Of a stretch of DNA of 54,680 nt, positions 48,696-54,680 are shown piece by piece. The translations under genes and the position numbers were made by a program. Numbering within the stretch: the first letter of the stretch is position 1; every line of letters starts with the position of its first letter. This DNA is from Armatimonadetes bacterium JP3_11 (GTDB taxonomy: Bacteria; Armatimonadota; Fimbriimonadia; Fimbriimonadales; GBS-DC): contig NKPV01000003.1 in NCBI GenBank assembly GCA_002254605.1, forward strand, positions 1 to 54,680, in the 5' to 3' direction. Below the pieces are notes generated by a model. That model did not search any database and was not told the origin of the DNA. It saw only the letters and a list, made by a program, of their open reading frames with translations.

Positions 48696-49502
48696 TTACC
48701 GAATCTTCGTTGCTATCTTCAGTCCTCGCAGATACTCGCCGATCGCCGTTCGCCAGTGGGGCGAGTCCGCGAACTCGTGCAAGTAGCGCACCAGCTGACT
48801 GCCGACCACCGCGCCGTCGGCAATCTGTGCAATTTGGCGCACATGCTGCGGCTTGGATACGCCGAATCCCACCGCGATGGGCAGGCTCGAATGCTCTCGA
48901 ATCCGCGCCACAAGGTCGGGCAAGTCGGGAGGCAGTTGGTCGCGCGCTCCTGTGACCCCCGTACGCGATACACAGTAGATGAACCCCTGCCCCCGTTCTG
49001 CCACAAGACGAATACGCTCGGTGGTGCTGGTGGGCGTAAGCAGAAAAATCGGCTGCAAAGCGTATCGTCGCGCATAATACAACCATTCGTCGGCTTCGTC
49101 GGGAGGGAGGTCGGTCATCAGGCACGCGGTGAAGCCCGCTTGCAGTGCGTCGCGGGCAAATCGCTCCACCCCATAGCGCTGCACGGGGTTGTAATAAGTG
49201 AAGGCAATCAGGGGGATCGTAAGATCGCCACTCACCTGCGAAACGGCTTCCAGCACGCGCGGCAGTGTTGTTCCGTGTTGTAGCGCGCGATGCATCGCCG
49301 CCTGAATCACGGGACCATCTGCCAGGGGATCGCTGAAAGGGAACCCCACCTCCACTATGTCCACGCCCGAATCCTGCAGCAGATGGAGGACATCAGGCAG
49401 GCGTTCCAGCGAGGGGTCGCCTGCCGTGATGTAGGCAATCAATGCCGCTTCGCCCCGCGCCTTGAGGCGCTCAAAAACAGGTTCCAATCGCTCTGTACGC
49501 AT
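48696..49502 (-). CDS. trpA: Tryptophan synthase alpha chain
   Basis: YITAGDP, EVGFPFSDPLADGPVIQ, YYNP, DLPPDE, SRTGVTG, VGFGVS, ADGAVVGS. ATG 49502. Confidence 0.95.
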   Translation of the reverse strand: MRTERLEPVFERLKARGEAALIAYITAGDPSLERLPDVLHLLQDSGVDIVEVGFPFSDPLADGPVIQAAMHRALQHGTTLPRVLEAVSQVSGDLTIPLIAFTYYNPVQRYGVERFARDALQAGFTACLMTDLPPDEADEWLYYARRYALQPIFLLTPTSTTERIRLVAERGQGFIYCVSRTGVTGARDQLPPDLPDLVARIREHSSLPIAVGFGVSKPQHVRQIAQIADGAVVGSQLVRYLHEFADSPHWRTAIGEYLRGLKIATKIR

Positions 49503-49578
49503 GCGAGGGGGATTGTACCTGTTTTGGCGACTAAGCCGTGCGTTCCCAATCTCCCGCCCCTGCGCACGGAATAACCAT

Positions 49579-51351
49579 CTAAGCGCCACAAAGGTTCACC
49601 CGAACCCACCCGCGCACGGAGTTAATCAAGTAAATCGCTTCCGCTCTTAGGAGTTCCTCCATCGTGAGGATACGCTCCTGAATCGTGCCGCGCTCCAGAA
49701 GGTGCTGGCGATAGACGCCGTTCAGGAGACCACACCCCACAGGCGGCGTGTACAGCCTGCCGTCCAACCGCACCACCACATTCGCGAGGGTCGATTCCGT
49801 AATCTCTCCGCGCGGGTTCCATAAAATCACATCCTCACAGTGGGGGTAAGCGGCGCGCGCCTTTTCGTAGACCGTGCGATGCGTGGTTTTGTGGTAGAGG
49901 AACACCTCGCTGGGGTCAATCGGTTCTGGCGCAAGCGCGACGCGCCAAACGGGGGGCTTCGGCTCCAGGGGAGACATTTGCACGCGCACCTCACCGCGAC
50001 GGTTCAGCAGGAGGCGACACCGCGCTCGGCGCAACGACTCGGTGGAGGCATATCGACCTGAAGCCTCCATGAGCAGGCGACGCACCTTCAACTCATCGAA
50101 GGGGAACCCGAAATAGTCTGCCGAGCGTTGCAGTCGTTGCAAGTGCTTCTCCAGCAAAAAGTAGCCGCGCCCTACTCGCCAGAGCAAAGTCTCTAATAGT
50201 TCGAACTCTGGATGCGTACGCAGCAACAGGTGCGCCTTCGTGAGGCATTCCGCATATTCGGCTTGATTCTCCGAATCCCAGACAATACCACTACCCACCC
50301 CGTACTCGAACTGTTGGGTTGCGCGGTCATAGCACAGGGTGCGGATCGCCACATTGAACTGCGCTTGCCGATTAGGCAGCACCACGCCGACGGCGCCTGT
50401 GTAGATTCCGCGCGGCGTGGTTTCTAACTCGTGGATAATCTGCATCGCGCGGATTTTCGGCGCGCCCGTGATGGACGCCGCAGGAAACAACGCGCGAAAG
50501 ATTTCGGGCAACGACGCATCGGTTTGCGCCTCCACCGTGGAAGTCATCTGCCAAAGCGTCGCGTAGCGTTCCACCTCGAATAATCGAGGTACACGCACCG
50601 TGCCCATGGCGGCGATGCGCCCCAAGTCGTTGCGTACCATGTCCACAATCATCAGGTTCTCGGCGCGGTTCTTTTCACTGCAGCGCAACGCCTGCGCCTG
50701 TTGGAGGTCTTCCTCCAGCGTGACGCCTCGCGGCGCCGTGCCTTTCATCGGGCGGCTCACGATGCGCTTCCCCTCCAACGCGAAGAACAGCTCCGGCGAG
50801 AGCGATAGGATGACATACTCGCCTGCGTCGATGTAGGCGGCGTAGGGCACGGGCTGGGCGCGGTACAGGTGGCAGAAAAGGCTCAGAAGCATTCCGTCGT
50901 CAGTAGGGAGGGTTGTCCGCAATCGGAAACTGTAGTTCACCTGATACACATCGCCAGCTCCGATGAAATCCCGAATGCGTCGGACGGCGTAATCATAATC
51001 CGACTGCGTAAGCGTGGGCTGCCAATCCAGTCGCTCAACCGTCTGCCCTTTGTTTTGAACAAGAGACAAGGGTTCGGGGTAAATGTCGAGTTGCTGATAC
51101 AGCCCGAACCACAAGAGCGGTAGCCCAGTCTGCGCCTTGGGGAACGCCTGATCGAACCCCTGCGCCGCCTCGTACGCCATGAAGCCGACCGCCGACAGCC
51201 CTGCCTGTGCAGCGCGTTCCACTTCGGCAAGCGCAGGCAGCAACTCAGCGTGGGTGTACGCCGCGATAACCGTTTCGGGGCGACCGCCATGAAGCCAATA
51301 CGCACGCCCATCGCCGCCGTAACGCCGTACAAGAACGCCTGGGAAGGACAT
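49579..51351 (-). CDS. pabB: Aminodeoxychorismate synthase component I fused to an ADC-lyase-like (class IV aminotransferase) domain
   Basis: GDVYQVN, SPELF, RPMKGT, AENLMIVDMVRNDLG, SITGAPK, FNVAIRT; C-terminal HLQRL, HKTTHR, GLLNGVYR, NSVRG. Confidence 0.9.
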   Translation of the reverse strand: MSFPGVLVRRYGGDGRAYWLHGGRPETVIAAYTHAELLPALAEVERAAQAGLSAVGFMAYEAAQGFDQAFPKAQTGLPLLWFGLYQQLDIYPEPLSLVQNKGQTVERLDWQPTLTQSDYDYAVRRIRDFIGAGDVYQVNYSFRLRTTLPTDDGMLLSLFCHLYRAQPVPYAAYIDAGEYVILSLSPELFFALEGKRIVSRPMKGTAPRGVTLEEDLQQAQALRCSEKNRAENLMIVDMVRNDLGRIAAMGTVRVPRLFEVERYATLWQMTSTVEAQTDASLPEIFRALFPAASITGAPKIRAMQIIHELETTPRGIYTGAVGVVLPNRQAQFNVAIRTLCYDRATQQFEYGVGSGIVWDSENQAEYAECLTKAHLLLRTHPEFELLETLLWRVGRGYFLLEKHLQRLQRSADYFGFPFDELKVRRLLMEASGRYASTESLRRARCRLLLNRRGEVRVQMSPLEPKPPVWRVALAPEPIDPSEVFLYHKTTHRTVYEKARAAYPHCEDVILWNPRGEITESTLANVVVRLDGRLYTPPVGCGLLNGVYRQHLLERGTIQERILTMEELLRAEAIYLINSVRGWVRVNLCGA

Positions 51352-51481
51352 GCCTCAATAGGATACCTTCGGAACAGCACCGCTACCCCAAAGCAGCAAA
51401 CCGCCCGCCAACATGTTTGGGCAAATACGAAAAGAACCCGTGTGGCAATCAGGTATAATCATGTGTGGAGGCGTATAACTT

Positions 51482-52177
51482 ATGAGCGTTCAAACCGCAC
51501 CGCAACTCGGCTGGCGAGAGAAGCTCAAGGGAGACAACTACTTCCTGCACAAGCTGCACTCCCTCACGGGAATTTTCCCCGTCGGCTACTATCTCGTACA
51601 GCACCTGTTTCTGAACTCGATGGCGGCGATTGACCCCAAGTACTTCAACGCGGTGGTCTACTTTTTCAACGCCATCCTGCCGAAACCGGTGCTGTGGGCG
51701 ATGGAGCTGTTTTTTATCATTCTGCCCTTGCTGTTTCACTCGCTATATGGCTTCGTGATTACCTATCACGGGAAGGCGAATATCTTTCGCTATCGTTTCC
51801 GTGAGAACCTTGCTTACACGCTGCAGCGCGTCTCGGGCGTGGTGATTTTCTTCTTCCTGCTGTTCCATGTCTATTCTACGACCGTGAGCCACAAGCTGTA
51901 TGGCAAGGATATCTCGTACAGTGGTATGCAGGCGCATTTCTCGGAGCCGTGGGTGGTCGCGCTGTATGTGATTGGGATTACGGCGAGTTCGTACCACCTG
52001 TTCAACGGCGTGTGGAACTTTGCGATTCGCTGGGGCATCACCATTGGGGAGCGTGCCCAGCGCAACCTGTACAAGTTCTGTATGGTCGGCTTCGTTTTAC
52101 TGACTGTGCTGGGGATTACGGCGTTGGCGGGCTTTTTTATGCACGAAGCGCCGCCGAATCCCTTGGCGAACCACTAA
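51482..52177 (+). CDS. sdhC: Succinate dehydrogenase cytochrome b558 subunit (Bacillus-type, 5 TM)
   Basis: KLHSLTGIFP, LFHSLYG, LQRVSG...FHV, YHLFNG...WGIT: four heme-ligand His. Confidence 0.9.
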   Translation: MSVQTAPQLGWREKLKGDNYFLHKLHSLTGIFPVGYYLVQHLFLNSMAAIDPKYFNAVVYFFNAILPKPVLWAMELFFIILPLLFHSLYGFVITYHGKANIFRYRFRENLAYTLQRVSGVVIFFFLLFHVYSTTVSHKLYGKDISYSGMQAHFSEPWVVALYVIGITASSYHLFNGVWNFAIRWGITIGERAQRNLYKFCMVGFVLLTVLGITALAGFFMHEAPPNPLANH

Positions 52178-52189
52178 GGAGGCAATCGT

Positions 52190-54064
52190 ATGGCAAAGAA
52201 GCAAGTTGCCGTTGTTGGAGGCGGCTTAGGCGGTCTGATGACTGTGATGAAGCTCGCGGAAGCGGGCGTGCATGTGGATCTGTTTTCCCTTGTGCCGGTG
52301 AAGCGTTCGCACTCGGTGTGTGCGCAGGGCGGGATTAACGGCGCTGTGAACACCAAAGGCGAGGGCGACTCGCCGTGGATTCACTTCGACGACACCATCT
52401 ATGGGGGCGACTTCTTGGCGAACCAGCCACCTGTGCTGCGCATGGCGGAGCGCGCCCCCGCGATTATCTATCTACTGGATCGCATGGGCGTGCCGTTCAA
52501 CCGCACTCCCGAGGGCTTGATCGACTTCCGACGATTCGGCGGCACACGCCACCACCGCACGGCGTTCGCTGGCTCCACCACAGGGCAGCAACTCCTCTAT
52601 GCCCTCGACGAGCAGGTGCGCCGCTGGGAAGTGGAAGGGCGTGTGACCAAGTACGAAGGCTGGGAGTTTCTCGGGTTGATTCTGGATGAGAACGGCGTTT
52701 GTCGTGGTCTCGTGGCGCAAGACCTGCGCTCGATGGAGATTCGCGCCTTCCGCGAGGAAGCCGTTGTGATTGCAACGGGCGGACCCGGCATGCTTTTCAA
52801 GAACACCACCAACTCGATTATCTGCACAGGTTCCGCAGCGAGCATCTGCTATCAGCAAGGCGCGTACTACGCCAACGGCGAGTTCATCCAGATTCATCCC
52901 ACCGCAATCCCGGGCGAAGATAAGTGCCGTCTCATTTCGGAAGCGGTGCGCGGCGAGGGCGGGCGCGTGTGGGTTCCCAAAGACCCGCACGACAAACGCC
53001 CTCCCCGCGACATCCCCGAAAGCGACCGCTGGTACTTCCTGGAGGAGAAATATCCTGCCTATGGCAACCTCGTGCCGCGCGACATCGCCACGCGTGAGAT
53101 TTTCGATGTGTGCGTAAACCAACGGCGCGGCATTCAGGGCAAGAACCAAGTCTATCTGGACATCACCCACCTGCCCCGCCACCAAATCGAGAAAAAACTG
53201 CTCGGCATCCTGGAGGTGTACCTGAAGTTCGTGGGTGAGGACCCACGCGAGGTTCCGATGCGCATCTATCCCGCGCAGCACTACTCGATGGGCGGGCTGT
53301 GGGTCGATTACGCCGTGAATGGCGACGGACTGATGGAGCCAGTGCATCCGCGCAACCAAATGACGAACATTCCGGGGCTGTACGCCGTGGGCGAGGTGGA
53401 CTATCAGTATCACGGCGCGAACCGACTGGGCGCAAACTCGCTACTGAGTTGTATCTTCGCGGGCGAGGCGGCAGGTCCCGCGATTGTGGAGTACCTCAAA
53501 AATGTGGAAGGCTCCGCGTTTGACCTGCCCAGCAGCCTCTTCGAGCAAGAGCAGCGCAAGCATCAAGCCCAGTTCGAGGAGATTAGCAAGCGCACTGGGA
53601 GCGAGAACCCCTACCGCCTCGCCGATGAGATGCGCATCCTGATGGACGAGAATGTGACCGTCGTACGCGAGAACGCACGCCTCGCACGTACCATAGAGCA
53701 GCTCAAAGAGCTGCGCGAGCGCGTCAAGCATGTGAACATCGCCGACCACGCGGGGTGGACGAACCAAGTTATCCCCTTCGTGCGCACCCTGCAACACCAA
53801 CTGGAGCTGGCGATTTGTATCACAGCGTGCGCACTCGACCGCAACGAGAGCCGCGGGGCGCACTACAAACCCGAGTTCCCCCAGCGCGACGATGAGAACT
53901 ACCTCAAGACCACCATGGCGCGCTGGACACCCGACGGACCTGAGATTCACTACGAGCCTGTGGATGTGAGCCTTATCAAGCCGCGCCCACGCCGCTACGA
54001 CACGCCGAAAACGGAAACAAAGACCGAGGCGAAAGTCGCAGCAGGCGTGAAGGGCGGGCAGTAG
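52190..54064 (+). CDS. sdhA: Succinate dehydrogenase flavoprotein subunit
   Basis: GGGLGG, RSHSVCAQGGING, QIHPT, SEAVRGEGG, HYSMGG, HGANRLGANSL, ESRGAH. Confidence 0.95.
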   Translation: MAKKQVAVVGGGLGGLMTVMKLAEAGVHVDLFSLVPVKRSHSVCAQGGINGAVNTKGEGDSPWIHFDDTIYGGDFLANQPPVLRMAERAPAIIYLLDRMGVPFNRTPEGLIDFRRFGGTRHHRTAFAGSTTGQQLLYALDEQVRRWEVEGRVTKYEGWEFLGLILDENGVCRGLVAQDLRSMEIRAFREEAVVIATGGPGMLFKNTTNSIICTGSAASICYQQGAYYANGEFIQIHPTAIPGEDKCRLISEAVRGEGGRVWVPKDPHDKRPPRDIPESDRWYFLEEKYPAYGNLVPRDIATREIFDVCVNQRRGIQGKNQVYLDITHLPRHQIEKKLLGILEVYLKFVGEDPREVPMRIYPAQHYSMGGLWVDYAVNGDGLMEPVHPRNQMTNIPGLYAVGEVDYQYHGANRLGANSLLSCIFAGEAAGPAIVEYLKNVEGSAFDLPSSLFEQEQRKHQAQFEEISKRTGSENPYRLADEMRILMDENVTVVRENARLARTIEQLKELRERVKHVNIADHAGWTNQVIPFVRTLQHQLELAICITACALDRNESRGAHYKPEFPQRDDENYLKTTMARWTPDGPEIHYEPVDVSLIKPRPRRYDTPKTETKTEAKVAAGVKGGQ

Positions 54065-54079
54065 TTTCAACAGCAGAAT

Positions 54080-54113
54080 CGGTAGGGGCAGCCACTCAGG
54101 TCTGTCCCTACCG
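54080..54113. repeat. GTAG-type REP palindrome downstream of sdhA
   Basis: cggtaggggcag-ccactcaggt-ctgtccctaccg. Confidence 0.62.
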
Positions 54114-54214
54114 GTGTACCGGCTGGTCTTCAACACTGCCGATGTGTCCCTCGTCCCTACCCCCTGCGCCGAGGTGCCCTTCGAGCCGATAATACCTTTT
54201 CGAGGGCGATTCGT

Positions 54215-54680
54215 ATGCCAGAACGAGTGCTCATCGTGGATGATGAGGAAGATTTGCGCTATATCTATACGCGCCAGTTGCGCAACGACGGCTACTTGCT
54301 GGATACCGCCGCGGACGGGGAGGAGGCAATCCAGAAAATCCAGACGAACGAGTACGCCGTTATCCTAACGGATATGCGCATGCCACGCAAAGATGGGCTG
54401 GCAGTCATCGCCGCCGCACGCGAGCACCTGCCTGAAACCGAAATCATCGTCCTGACGGGGCACGGCTCGCTGGAAAACGCGCTGCAGGCGTTCAAAGCAG
54501 GCAATATCTTCGAGTATCTGCTCAAACCGTTAGACGATATTGGCGTGCTGAACACGGTCGTCGCGCGTGCGCTGGAACGGCGCAACCTGCGCAAGCACAA
54601 TCGGGAACTGTTTGAGCAACTCCAACGCGCCTACGAAGAGCTGCGCCAGAAATCCGAGGCGCTCATTCAACAGGAAAAGA
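54215..54680 (+). CDS. Receiver-domain protein, probably a hybrid response regulator/histidine kinase, partial
   Basis: Not in the ORF track (no stop). MPERVLIVDDEE...LTDMRMP...LTGHG...YLLKP, then a coiled coil ending LIQQEK, typical of the linker before a HisKA domain. Confidence 0.88.
   Translation, partial: MPERVLIVDDEEDLRYIYTRQLRNDGYLLDTAADGEEAIQKIQTNEYAVILTDMRMPRKDGLAVIAAAREHLPETEIIVLTGHGSLENALQAFKAGNIFEYLLKPLDDIGVLNTVVARALERRNLRKHNRELFEQLQRAYEELRQKSEALIQQEK

Overview
GC-rich bacterial chromosomal window, most likely Armatimonadota (inferred from the prepilin/DUF1559 H-X9-DG protein, PEP-CTERM protein, SLH-barrel protein and Bacillus-type SdhCA; no search was run). It is mostly housekeeping: RNase J, a 13-kb alternative complex III (actABCDEF + actG-like) plus SCO and A2-type caa3 oxidase cluster, argD, coaBC, ftsH, uppP, rfbD, sucC, trpA, pabB/pabC, sdhCA and tRNA-Pro(CGG). 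The most interesting signals are non-coding. (1) An identical sigma54 (-24/-12) element TGGCACGAAAGTTGCT occurs twice. One copy precedes an alternative sigma70-family gene. The other has no ORF behind it and points at a roughly 70-nt hairpin RNA carrying two UGUCCCUCCC (anti-Shine-Dalgarno-like) motifs. A third sigma54 element precedes the PEP-CTERM gene. (2) A 140-bp MITE-like element with perfect 15-bp terminal inverted repeats contains a GTAG-type REP doublet, and related REPs occur elsewhere. (3) A GG-TANNNT -10 motif recurs, often 6-10 nt before start codons, suggesting leaderless genes. (4) Two Rex/CRP-like operators flank the ACIII promoter. No CRISPR array, prophage or transposase gene was seen.
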